Source: an uncultured Candidatus Saccharibacteria bacterium
Lineage (GTDB): Bacteria; Patescibacteriota; UBA1384; CAILIB01; JAUSJZ01
Direction of reading: 5' to 3'
Length of the DNA stretch: 64,000 nucleotides
Assembly (NCBI GenBank): GCA_964421635.1
Contig: CAYQWZ010000003.1
Span: forward strand, 1,712-65,711
Each line of letters opens with the position of its first letter. Position 1 is the first letter of the stretch. Shown one piece after another: positions 1 through 8,745 of this stretch. The notes under the pieces were generated by a model that saw only the letters and a list, made by a program, of their open reading frames with translations, was not told the origin of the DNA and did no database searches. A program made the position numbers and the translations under genes.

Positions 1-120
1 CTGCATGATATCGTCACGGCTGGCTTGAACAGTAGATTGCATAGTCTGCATGATATCGTCACGGCTGGCTTGAACAGTAGATTGCATAGTCTGCATGATA
101 TCGTCACGGCTGGCTTGAAC
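1..120. repeat. Perfect 45-bp tandem repeat, about 2.7 copies (unit ctgcatgatatcgtcacggctggcttgaacagtagattgcatagt), truncated by the window edge
   Basis: Read directly: positions 1-45, 46-90 and 91-120 are identical. On the minus strand the unit encodes a 15-aa repeat, TMQSTVQASRDDIMQ. Confidence 0.9.
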
Positions 121-162
121 AATCTCTTTTATGTCTTGTTTGGTAACATTATTATTTTTCAT
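1..162 (-). CDS. N-terminus of a repeat-containing protein (partial; continues beyond the window start)
   Basis: Minus-strand ATG at 162 reads MKNNNVTKQDIKEIVQASRDDIMQ followed by TMQSTVQASRDDIMQ repeats. A hairpin terminator at 224-252 lies upstream, which argues against the plus-strand ORF 25..288 that would read through it. Confidence 0.35.
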   Translation of the reverse strand, partial: MKNNNVTKQDIKEIVQASRDDIMQTMQSTVQASRDDIMQTMQSTVQASRDDIMQ

Positions 163-223
163 CGTAAAACCATTTTAGCATTAACCAACATTACAAATAG
201 ATTATCTTGTTCTCACAATAAAC

Positions 224-252
224 AAAAAACCGGCCACTTTGACCGGTTTTTT
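224..252. terminator. Bidirectional intrinsic terminator (A-tract / ACCGG-loop-CCGGT / T-tract)
   Basis: aaaaaaCCGGccactttgaCCGGtttttt. It is flanked by an A-run and a T-run, so it could terminate the small minus-strand ORF 437..289. Confidence 0.55.
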
Positions 253-288
253 GTTTGTCCTCTAAAACAGATAATTACTTTTAATTAA

Positions 289-437
289 GCAGCCTCTCCC
301 AACTCATCAAAATCCTCAACCCTAACACCGTCTGCAACATCTCTTTCTCTTAACTCATCTAACGCTTTATCATAGGGGTCTTTCTCATCTTCTGGTTTTT
401 CATCTTCAATATCTTCTCTTTCTGTTTCTTTTTCCAT
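289..437 (-). CDS. Small acidic hypothetical protein (~49 aa)
   Basis: Minus-strand ATG at 437 and stop at 289-291. Highly acidic (E/D-rich). Below the ORF-track size cutoff, so weakly supported. Confidence 0.3.
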
Positions 438-546
438 AATCCTCAACTTATTTATAAATTATATGATTATATATGAATTCATCATACAAGTCAACCTAAA
501 CCCCTTCACCTTGTCTGTTAACGCAGGCTGGTGAAGAATTTACAGA

Positions 547-1590
547 TTATTTTAGTTCAATTATTTTGGCTTTTTGGCGCCAAACTTTTGGTACATGGTC
601 AAGGTCAGTAGTGGTGAGGACTGTTTGAACGCTTGAGGTCACTTCTACGAGTCGTTCGCGACGATTATGGTCTAATTCACTCATCACATCATCTAATAGT
701 AAAACAACATCATTATCGTCCTCTCTTGCTGCTTTACTCAAAAAATCTAACTCTACCATTTTTAAACCAAAAACTAGGGAGCGCACCTCGCCGCGAGAAG
801 CGCAGCTTCGAGCGGGCACATTATTAAAGCTAATTATAAAGTCATCTCGGTGCGGACCGCGTATAGTTTGACCAAACATTATCTCGCGTTCCCGAAGTGC
901 CGCTTGTTCTTCTTCCAGCCTTTCTGTCTCCGCCGGATGCGTCTCATGTTTGATTGTTATCTTAGTATTATCTTGGCTCAAACAGACATAATGTTTAGGT
1001 AATTCGCGCTGCGCTAAACTAATAAAAGCTGATCTTGTGAGCCAAATTTGGTTAGCCAAAATTGCCAGTTCTTTGTCCCAAAAATTCAATTCATCTTCTT
1101 TGCTTTGTTTGTCGCGAATACGTTTTAAAAGCTTATTGCGTTGCATCACTACCTGCCTATATTTAACTAAGCTGTCGCTATAATTTCGGTCTGACTGCGA
1201 TAAAACAACATTTAAAAAGTGGCGCCGGACGGCCGGGGAACCGAGCACCAACAATAAATCTTCTGGCTCAAATAAAACTGTTTTAATGGTACCAACCACC
1301 TCTTTGGCAATCCTTCTGACGCCCGAAACTGCATACTCTTTTTTGTAAGGATTATTATGCACCACCACTACCACATCATCAGCTTGAATCTTGGCAAAGT
1401 TTTTATTATAACTAATTACCTCGATATCACTTTTAGTGCGCCAAGAGCGAGTAGTAGACGCGAGTGAGATTGCTTCCAAAATATTTGTTTTTCCCACTCC
1501 ATTTGGCCCAACAATTAAGGTCAAATTAGACAACTCAAAAGAGATATTTTTATGAGAGCGAAAATTTTGCAATTCGATTTTCTTGAGCAT
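547..1590 (-). CDS. recF: DNA replication and repair protein RecF
   Basis: N-terminal LKKIELQNFRSH...LIVGPNGVGKTNILEAISL Walker A plus an SMC-like C-terminal signature. Start overlaps the dnaN stop. Confidence 0.9.
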   Translation of the reverse strand: MLKKIELQNFRSHKNISFELSNLTLIVGPNGVGKTNILEAISLASTTRSWRTKSDIEVISYNKNFAKIQADDVVVVVHNNPYKKEYAVSGVRRIAKEVVGTIKTVLFEPEDLLLVLGSPAVRRHFLNVVLSQSDRNYSDSLVKYRQVVMQRNKLLKRIRDKQSKEDELNFWDKELAILANQIWLTRSAFISLAQRELPKHYVCLSQDNTKITIKHETHPAETERLEEEQAALREREIMFGQTIRGPHRDDFIISFNNVPARSCASRGEVRSLVFGLKMVELDFLSKAAREDDNDVVLLLDDVMSELDHNRRERLVEVTSSVQTVLTTTDLDHVPKVWRQKAKIIELK

Positions 1591-2705
1591 TAATTACTGA
1601 CACGAATCGGCATCACAATATGTTGATAGCTCGGCATATCAGGATTAGCCACCACAGCCGGCGCCGTAGGACCAGCGAACTTGATGATAATTTTGCTGCC
1701 CGCGGCGGCGTTAACTGCATCTAAAAGATATCTGGTATTAAAAGCGATATCTAGGGTTTTTTCATTTGTATTGTGCATTACTTCTGCATCTAGGGCAGAA
1801 ACCTCTTGCCCATACTGCGAGGCCACAGAGGTCAGGCGCACATTTTGATCTTCAATTTTAATGTGAACATTATTGGCTTGGTTAGTAGTAAAAACAGAGG
1901 CCATACGCAAAGCATTAGCAATGTTTGCTGAATCTAATACCACTTCTGTCACAAAATCTGTAGGAATGACTTTGGTGTATTCAGGGAAGGTTGCCTCTAT
2001 TAGGCGAGTCACAATAATGCTGTCACCAACAGTAATTTGCACCTGATTATTACTGGCCACAAATTGTACAACATCTATATCTTCTGCCGACATAATTCGC
2101 ACTGCTTCGTGTACTGCCCGTGAAGGAATAATGACTTCTAGTTCACCATTTAGGTCGTTAGTCTCTAAAATATATTCAGCTAAGCGAAAGCTGTCTGTGG
2201 CAGCAATATTAATGCTATTATTTTTTCCTTTTAAATAAACTCCGGCTAGGGCTGGACGCGCTTCATCAACAGCGGTGGCTACTACTACAACTGAGAGAGC
2301 GGTCAGTAACTCATTTTTAGAAAGAGAGAATGAAGTGCCTTTTTCAATTGACGGAATAGAAGGATATTCAGTAGCAGCAATACCCGGAATTTCAGCTTTG
2401 AAGGATTCTGAAAGAGCGATGATTTTTTCTTTATCTGTTTTAAAGGAAATTGTTTCGTCATTATTGTTATTAACAAATTCAACCAGTGTTCTAGCCGGTA
2501 CAGTGGTTGAACCATCAACTTCTACCTTAGCGCCAACCCAAGTGATAACGCCAATTTCCAAGTCTGTGGCTGACAAGCGAAGACGACCCTTCTCTGTCTC
2601 CATTAATATATTAGCTAAAACAGGCAGCGTGGCGGCATTACCAACTGCGCGTGACACTAGGGTTAGACCTTTACTTAAATTTTTCTGCGTTGCGGATAAC
2701 TTCAT
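1590..2705 (-). CDS. dnaN: DNA polymerase III beta sliding clamp
   Basis: 371 aa with beta-clamp three-domain architecture, in the conserved dnaA-dnaN-recF order. Confidence 0.9.
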   Translation of the reverse strand: MKLSATQKNLSKGLTLVSRAVGNAATLPVLANILMETEKGRLRLSATDLEIGVITWVGAKVEVDGSTTVPARTLVEFVNNNNDETISFKTDKEKIIALSESFKAEIPGIAATEYPSIPSIEKGTSFSLSKNELLTALSVVVVATAVDEARPALAGVYLKGKNNSINIAATDSFRLAEYILETNDLNGELEVIIPSRAVHEAVRIMSAEDIDVVQFVASNNQVQITVGDSIIVTRLIEATFPEYTKVIPTDFVTEVVLDSANIANALRMASVFTTNQANNVHIKIEDQNVRLTSVASQYGQEVSALDAEVMHNTNEKTLDIAFNTRYLLDAVNAAAGSKIIIKFAGPTAPAVVANPDMPSYQHIVMPIRVSN

Positions 2706-3090
2706 TAAAATATTTTATCTGTAATATGGGTCAATAACTAATTTGGTACTACTTCATTAATATTACCTTTTTAGTTGGAATTATTCTTTGTGTATAACAT
2801 GTGTACAACTTTATTATTTTTGTGGATTAATTGTTAATAAGTATAACCACATATTCACAACCTCGAGCCTCGTGCCAAAATTTATCTCTAAATATTAGTT
2901 ACTTATACAAATTTATAATCATTTACACACAGCTTAATCCACATAAAATATTAACAACCTTGATATAAATATTTGAATACTAGAATTTTTATTGATGTCT
3001 TTTCCACAAATCCACAAGACTTATTATTACTAACACTACTTATCTTAATTAATAAGAGATTAATAATATAAGAGACTTATAAAAATCTAA
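2706..3090. promoter_or_regulatory. AT-rich dnaA-dnaN intergenic region with several DnaA-box-like 9-mers (candidate oriC / DnaA-box cluster)
   Basis: tgtggatta (2821-2829), taatccaca (2935-2943), ctttccaca (2999-3008) and aaatccaca (3008-3016) each have 1-2 mismatches to TTATCCACA. The 385-bp region is very AT-rich. Confidence 0.45.
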
Positions 3091-4515
3091 TTAAGTAACT
3101 TGATAAAGTTTAGATTTTAGATTCTTTATTTCAGAAAATAAATCTTCATTCTTCTTGAGCTCTTTTTCTATTTTGCCGCATCCGTGCATGACTGTAGTAT
3201 GATCTCTTCCCCCAAGGTAGCGCCCAATATTAGGGTAGGATAGGCGCAACTCATTCTTTAATAAATACATTAAAATTTGTCTTGGACGAACATACTCTTT
3301 ATTGCGACGCGGTCCAATAACATCTTTTTTATCAATGCTATAAAAATCACAAATCATTTCATTTATTTGGTCAGCCGATAAAAGCTTCTTCTTCTTATTT
3401 TGTTTTAAGATGCCCTTTAAAGCTTCTTCAACCACCTTAAGTTCAGGCTCTACATTATTGACCATAACATGCGTCTGAATGGTCGTTAGGGCCCCCTCAA
3501 GCTCTCTAATATTTGATTCTATGTTCTCCGCAACATAATTAATAGATTCGTCTGGCATCTCAAAGTTTTTTTCTTCACACTTCACTCTTAAAATTGCTGA
3601 CCTCATTTCTAAATCTGGTGGCTGGATATCTGCAATCATACCTGATTGAAAACGGCTAGCCAGCCTTTCTTCCAATTTTGGAATATCTTGAGGTACTTTG
3701 TCTGAAGTTAAAATAATTTGTTTATTCTTTTGATAAAGAGCATTAAAAGTATGAAAAAATTCTTCTTGTGTGCCACTTTTACCAGCAATAAATTGGATGT
3801 CGTCTATTAAGATTAAATCTGCATTGCGGTAACGATTTTTAAACTCTTCTTTATTTCCACTAGAAATTGAGGATACAAACTCATTCATAAAGTTCTCGCA
3901 ACTAACATAAATAACTTTCTTATTAGGTTTTTTGCGCAAAACCTCATTTCCTACTGCTTGAATTAGATGTGTTTTTCCTAATCCTACGCCACCATAAATA
4001 TAAAAAGGATTATGTTGTGTACCAGGATTATTTGAGACTGCTTGGGCGGTAGCGTGCGAGAGACGGTTAGTGTTGCCAACGACGAAATTTTCAAATGTAT
4101 AGCGAGGATTTAAATTGGCGTTCTCGGCTGCTCGAGCCCAAGCGATAGCCGGCCGAGACTGTTTTTTGCCAGCATTCTTTTCATCTTCAAGTAAGCTCGT
4201 TTGGTTAGGATCAACAATCTGTTTAGTCTTTTGAATGCGGCTTTGAGGAAGGACAGTAAAACATATTTTTTTGATTTGTTGCTCGAGGTGTTTATTTAAA
4301 ATTTTAAGTAAGTCTACCTCGAAATGGTTTTTAATCCATTCAATAGTGAAGGCATTGGCCACACCGACAGTGACGGTGGTGCGATCGACTTTTAACAAAA
4401 TAGAATTGGAAAACCAAGTTTTGAAATTAGCACCCGAGACGGAGACTTCTAATTCTCCTAAAACCCCTTTCCAAAGTGAATGTAATTCTTCAGGATTCAT
4501 TAAAAATTTAGTCAA
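3091..4515 (-). CDS. dnaA: Chromosomal replication initiator DnaA
   Basis: AAA+ Walker A GVGLGKTHLIQAVGNE and a C-terminal DNA-binding domain (KKDVIGPRRNKEYVRPRQILMYL); 474 aa. Confidence 0.95.
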   Translation of the reverse strand: MTKFLMNPEELHSLWKGVLGELEVSVSGANFKTWFSNSILLKVDRTTVTVGVANAFTIEWIKNHFEVDLLKILNKHLEQQIKKICFTVLPQSRIQKTKQIVDPNQTSLLEDEKNAGKKQSRPAIAWARAAENANLNPRYTFENFVVGNTNRLSHATAQAVSNNPGTQHNPFYIYGGVGLGKTHLIQAVGNEVLRKKPNKKVIYVSCENFMNEFVSSISSGNKEEFKNRYRNADLILIDDIQFIAGKSGTQEEFFHTFNALYQKNKQIILTSDKVPQDIPKLEERLASRFQSGMIADIQPPDLEMRSAILRVKCEEKNFEMPDESINYVAENIESNIRELEGALTTIQTHVMVNNVEPELKVVEEALKGILKQNKKKKLLSADQINEMICDFYSIDKKDVIGPRRNKEYVRPRQILMYLLKNELRLSYPNIGRYLGGRDHTTVMHGCGKIEKELKKNEDLFSEIKNLKSKLYQVT

Positions 4516-4547
4516 AAAAATTAGCTTCTACAAACATTGTAGCATAC

Positions 4548-4556
4548 TTATCCACA
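4548..4556. promoter_or_regulatory. Perfect consensus DnaA box TTATCCACA upstream of dnaA
   Basis: Exact ttatccaca about 35 bp upstream of the dnaA start codon. It could be an autoregulatory site or part of the origin. Confidence 0.5.
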
Positions 4557-4570
4557 GTGGGTTTAGACAT

Positions 4571-4595
4571 AAAAAAGGGACGGCCAGTGGCCGTC
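4571..4595 (-). terminator. Intrinsic terminator for the minus-strand gene ending at 4626
   Basis: Hairpin GACGGCC-agt-GGCCGTC preceded on the plus strand by aaaaaa, giving a U-tract on the minus-strand transcript. Confidence 0.5.
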
Positions 4596-4625
4596 TCTTG
4601 GGGTTCTCTCCTGATATCAGAGCTG

Positions 4626-5429
4626 TCAGTAGATTAGACAATCTGCCCTTACCCCAGGTGATGTAAACTCTAGTGCCCTGCTGAGGTACGCTTGTGGCGA
4701 TTCGTCTGACTCTCTCTTAAGTTCACCTGGAACAGTAAACCCTCCGTCTTGCTCATTCATATTTTTGTAGCGGAAGGTGATTCCACCGAAGTCAAAGAAC
4801 ATTATGATTTCATCAATATCAATAACTTCAGTCAGTGTGACATCCTCAATTCTTGCTGGGGGAGCTTGAGATATGATGATGGTTCCACCTAGAGAGAAAC
4901 GTTGTAATTGTTCAAGCACGGCAGACATGTGTCTATCAAGAATCTCCTGGTAGTGAATTTGACACCAGTCAGCGAGAGACTCGACAAACATCGATCTTAC
5001 CCTTTCCCGATAGTCCTTGTAGGACTCACTGTGTTCTCGATAAACCAACCTCATGTTGGCAGTGTTTTTGTCAAAAGTGTAGTCGGAAGACATCTCTGCA
5101 CAGGTCAGTGGTACGAAGGGAATCTCTATAGCTCGGCAAAACAATCTACTATTAATGACCCGTGTGCCAACAAAATATGTATTGTCTTTTGGTTTGCGTA
5201 AGGATTGAACTATTGAGATATAGATCCAACCAATACAAGTAAGTATTAAGCATGATAGCCATGATGTGACTAAGTGATGCCAACTTTGCATAGTAAGATT
5301 CCAAAAAAACAGAGCAAAACAGATAAAACAGGCTCCTGCTGAAATAAGCCAGCCCAGCGCTAGAGAGTAGAAGGTAATCTCAAGAAGCTTCTCTTTCAGG
5401 TAGAACGCGAAGCGGCCCAACTTGGTCAT
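4626..5429 (-). CDS. Hypothetical membrane protein
   Basis: ORF-track frame. Start placed at the internal ATG (5429), which is preceded by AAGGAGGAG at 5-nt spacing. Two or three predicted TM helices; no recognisable motif. Confidence 0.5.
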   Translation of the reverse strand: MTKLGRFAFYLKEKLLEITFYSLALGWLISAGACFICFALFFWNLTMQSWHHLVTSWLSCLILTCIGWIYISIVQSLRKPKDNTYFVGTRVINSRLFCRAIEIPFVPLTCAEMSSDYTFDKNTANMRLVYREHSESYKDYRERVRSMFVESLADWCQIHYQEILDRHMSAVLEQLQRFSLGGTIIISQAPPARIEDVTLTEVIDIDEIIMFFDFGGITFRYKNMNEQDGGFTVPGELKRESDESPQAYLSRALEFTSPGVRADCLIY

Positions 5430-5523
5430 GTCCCTCCTCCTTCGTGCAACACGAAGTCGCAACCAGAGAATACAAAATTTACTACTCCGAGTCAATAGAA
5501 AGGCTATAAAACTGTAGGATTAA

Positions 5524-7050
5524 TTAAAGATCTGTTCTTTGAGAGACGCGCATAATTTCTTCTTTAGAAGTTAAGCCAGCCTTTACTTTGGCTTCCCCGT
5601 CTTCGTGCATAGTAATCATGCCGTCTTTCCTAGCGATTTCAAATAAAGTTGTGAAGTCAGTTTTTTTCAGCACGGCTCTTTCAAATTCGGCACTCGGTTT
5701 AATAGTTTCCGCAATAACCGTGCGACCAAAATATTCTAGTTGGTTCGTCTGTTCATTCTGTCTGACTTTGCGCACCAGTCTTTGGGCGACAATCAAATTA
5801 ATAGAGCCGGATAAGAAAAAGGGTTCTATATTCATATCTACTAGTCGAGGCATGGCCATTACGGCGTTGTTGGCGTGGACGGTACTTAAAACTAGGTGGC
5901 CAGTTAGGGCGGCGTTGAGGGCAATGCGAGCTGTCTCTTCATCACGAATTTCACCGATCATTATTACATCAGGATCTTGCCGCAACGCCGCCCGCAGCGC
6001 ATCGGCAAAAGAATAACTTTTTGAAGAATCAATTTGGCTTTGTTCCACGCCCTCCAGCCGATACTCAATTGGGTCTTCTAGTGTAATTATCTTTTTATTC
6101 GGCTGATTCAATTTATTTAGCAAAGCGTACAAAGAAGTAGTTTTTCCAGATCCGGTCGGCCCAGTAATTACAATCATGCCGTACGGTTTAGTTATGGCCT
6201 CATTGATTTTTGCCAAATCTTTCGGGTTGAATCCTAATTGCTTAAGGTCTAGCTGCTGTACATCTTGACGAAGGATTCGAAGCACTATACTTTCCCCATA
6301 TTGAGAAGGTAAAGATGAAACACGAAAATCAATTGACTGATTACCAACCTGCATTGAGAAACGGCCGTCTTGCGGTTTTTCCCCCAAATCGAGCTTCAAA
6401 TTAGCGTGCATTTTAATGCGGCTAACAATTGGTTTAAATTTATCTGTGCCCAAATGGATGGCCTCCTGCAACACGCCGTCAATGCGAAAGCGAATTAAAA
6501 AACCTTGCTCTTCGGGCTCGATATGAATGTCAGAAGCGCGCAGATTGACCGCCGCAGCGATAAGCAGATCTAAAAGTTCAGTAGTAGAAACATTTTGGGC
6601 GAACTTTTTTAAATCCTCAAAAGTATTAACTCGTTTGGAAAAATCTTTCTCGTCAGCCATCTTTGCTTTTTGGGCCAACTCTTTTTGTTGTTCGTCGGCC
6701 TGTTCGAGTAGCTCTTCATACAAGCTAATCATATATGCCAGACTGCTTTCAGAGATAACAACCAAAGTGAGAGTTAAATTATTTCTATCTGCCAGCTGAC
6801 GCAAAAAAGCCATCGCCTGATTATTCTCTGGGTGTACAATGCCCACCTTTACTTTGGTGCCCTGTTTAATATAGGGAGCAGCTTTCCATTTTTTAACTTC
6901 ATCAAGGGTCATTAATGAAAGGATTTCTAAGTTAGACGGAAAACGATCGAGCATTTCGTAGGGGAAGCTCATCTTCTGTGCCTTGTCGCGAGTAATTTTT
7001 TCTTCAGAGCGACGAGTAATATTAGAAATTGTGCGTTGAACGTTGGCCAT
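5524..7050 (-). CDS. pilB: Type II/IV secretion-family ATPase (GspE/PilB-like), probable type IV pilus assembly ATPase
   Basis: Walker A GPTGSGKTTSLYAL, His-box and Asp-box motifs of the GspE/PilB family, and an N-terminal GSPII_E-like domain. The start overlaps the rpiB stop (ATGA). Confidence 0.85.
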   Translation of the reverse strand: MANVQRTISNITRRSEEKITRDKAQKMSFPYEMLDRFPSNLEILSLMTLDEVKKWKAAPYIKQGTKVKVGIVHPENNQAMAFLRQLADRNNLTLTLVVISESSLAYMISLYEELLEQADEQQKELAQKAKMADEKDFSKRVNTFEDLKKFAQNVSTTELLDLLIAAAVNLRASDIHIEPEEQGFLIRFRIDGVLQEAIHLGTDKFKPIVSRIKMHANLKLDLGEKPQDGRFSMQVGNQSIDFRVSSLPSQYGESIVLRILRQDVQQLDLKQLGFNPKDLAKINEAITKPYGMIVITGPTGSGKTTSLYALLNKLNQPNKKIITLEDPIEYRLEGVEQSQIDSSKSYSFADALRAALRQDPDVIMIGEIRDEETARIALNAALTGHLVLSTVHANNAVMAMPRLVDMNIEPFFLSGSINLIVAQRLVRKVRQNEQTNQLEYFGRTVIAETIKPSAEFERAVLKKTDFTTLFEIARKDGMITMHEDGEAKVKAGLTSKEEIMRVSQRTDL

Positions 7051-7481
7051 TATATTTTATTGACTCTTCGGTGATGTCTTTTGGCACTACTAAAATCTGT
7101 ATTGAGCCAAGTATTAATTATTTTTTTTACTTTAAAAAAAGATAGATAGTGTGATGCTAAGCACAGAACATTAGTATTATTATGTTCGCGAGACTTAGCC
7201 GCAATTTTGCTGTTCCATGCGTTTACAGCGCGGACCTTTTTGATGCGGTTGGCGGAAATTTGCATGCCTACGCCCGAGTCGCAAATTAAGATACCTCGGT
7301 TGTTTTGCGGATTTTTAGCGACAGCGCCAGCCACTTTTTTAGCAAAATCTGGATAGTCGTCGCGCGGACGAAAATTTTCATTTCCCAAATCTTCGACCAC
7401 AAAATCTTTGCCTTGTAGGTATTTTATAATCCTTTCTTTGTAAGCAAATCCAGCGTGATCAGCCCCAATAAAAATCTTCAT
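7050..7481 (-). CDS. rpiB: Ribose-5-phosphate isomerase B (RpiB/LacAB family)
   Basis: MKIFIGADHAGF...ICDSGVGMQISANRI signature. Start moved to the internal ATG (MKIF); the longer track ORF 7050..7571 is rejected. Confidence 0.8.
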   Translation of the reverse strand: MKIFIGADHAGFAYKERIIKYLQGKDFVVEDLGNENFRPRDDYPDFAKKVAGAVAKNPQNNRGILICDSGVGMQISANRIKKVRAVNAWNSKIAAKSREHNNTNVLCLASHYLSFFKVKKIINTWLNTDFSSAKRHHRRVNKI

Positions 7482-7549
7482 ATCTTCTATATTCTCTCTT
7501 ATCGAAGGATGCAAAACAAGCCAACTAAAAAACCGCCCGGTTCGGACGG

Positions 7550-8212
7550 CTAGTAGTAGCGGACTTCCCAAACGACCGTATTACGACCCCACACTACTCC
7601 CACTGGGCGGGAGAAGCTAGTAGTTTCAATAACATGATCGGGGAACATTGCCAGAAGCATAAAAATATCTTCAAAGCTGGCAAAATCAAGATGGCGTCTG
7701 AGCCATATTCTAGCGTTTATACCTTTAAGTATAGTAACACTTTCTTGATCTGCGAAGGCGGTACGCATAGGTACCTGACCGGTAGCAGTCTTCACTACCA
7801 AGCCGAAATCACGATCACATATTTCACAGGAGACTGTGCCGTACTGATGAGGCGCCATTTGAGAGATATGAATCTTCGGATAGTATCTGAGACCCAATTC
7901 ATTGATGGCGGGGACAACCTCATTGGGTTTAAGATGGTATCTCACGGGTTTACCGGGAATAAGACAGCGAACACCGAAAGTCATCTTAGTCATGTTGGGC
8001 TCGTCCGCGGAGGCTAAGTCATTTTCGAATTGTTCGACGCTGGTCCAAAACAGTAGATGGTTACCAAACAAACCTCTTTCGTACAGCTCATACATGGTCA
8101 TTTTTTCCCTGACGCGTCTGGGTATTGTCAGAGCCAATCTGGCTTCTATTGCTTCAACAAGAGCTAAATTGGCAGCGACTATTTCGTTACTGGGCAGTTC
8201 TCGTATAACCAT
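7550..8212 (-). CDS. Hypothetical protein (220 aa)
   Basis: Long ORF, GC-richer than its neighbours, no recognisable motif. Confidence 0.5.
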   Translation of the reverse strand: MVIRELPSNEIVAANLALVEAIEARLALTIPRRVREKMTMYELYERGLFGNHLLFWTSVEQFENDLASADEPNMTKMTFGVRCLIPGKPVRYHLKPNEVVPAINELGLRYYPKIHISQMAPHQYGTVSCEICDRDFGLVVKTATGQVPMRTAFADQESVTILKGINARIWLRRHLDFASFEDIFMLLAMFPDHVIETTSFSRPVGVVWGRNTVVWEVRYY

Positions 8213-8277
8213 AGCTAAACTCCTTTTTCAGAGCTAAAACTAGTATATCAAAAACAAGATCTACGCTTTTTAATAGT

Positions 8278-8622
8278 TCAGTCTATTAGAAAGATTGCAA
8301 TTCCTACAATTAAGACCAGTAGCAATATAAGCATTAACCAAAGTTTTACCGTTCTCTCTTCTTTGGATAAATCTGACCAGCGAGTGCGATTCTGCTCCCA
8401 CTTATTAAAATTTACCAAACCGGCTGCTACAAATATTAATCCTAAAATTAATAAAGGATTATTATTTGTGGGAACACTGACAGCCGAGAAAATAGCACCC
8501 ATCACGAACAGATTTCGGTAATCTACCTTCTGACTTCTCTTTTTATCTACTAAGAAGAAAGCGATGCCCAAAACGATTATTGCTATTAAAATTGCAATCA
8601 GCAGCCATAAGTTTGAGGTCAT
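8278..8622 (-). CDS. Small hypothetical membrane protein (3-4 TM helices)
   Basis: Hydrophobic segments LLIAILIAIIVLGIAFFL and LILLLVLIVGIAIFL. Confidence 0.5.
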   Translation of the reverse strand: MTSNLWLLIAILIAIIVLGIAFFLVDKKRSQKVDYRNLFVMGAIFSAVSVPTNNNPLLILGLIFVAAGLVNFNKWEQNRTRWSDLSKEERTVKLWLMLILLLVLIVGIAIFLID

Positions 8623-8745
8623 AAAAAATATTTAATTACTGAATCAATTGAAGCATGTTTAAAAAATTGAAGAAAGTATAATTTTTTGTGTGTCAAAAAA
8701 TGCGATATACTAATAGCGGCTACTAGCCAAGAGAAGGAGGCTGCA

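Noticed and set aside
25-288. Plus-strand ORF (87 aa) spanning the tandem repeats
   Set aside because: It reads through a clean bidirectional hairpin terminator at 224-252 and has no RBS. The minus-strand reading (start at 162, promoter region 163-223, terminator serving the upstream small ORF) fits the local signals better.
2275-2724. Plus-strand 149-aa ORF and other antisense ORFs inside dnaN, dnaA, pilB, the giant gene, pnp, clpC and others
   Set aside because: Fully embedded antisense to long, well-supported conserved genes; no independent signals.
7482-7571. N-terminal extension of rpiB proposed by the ORF track (MGSPLLLAVRTGRFFSW...)
   Set aside because: Not conserved in RpiB. The conserved MKIFIGADHAGF start is at 7481, and the extension would overlap the upstream gene by 22 nt.
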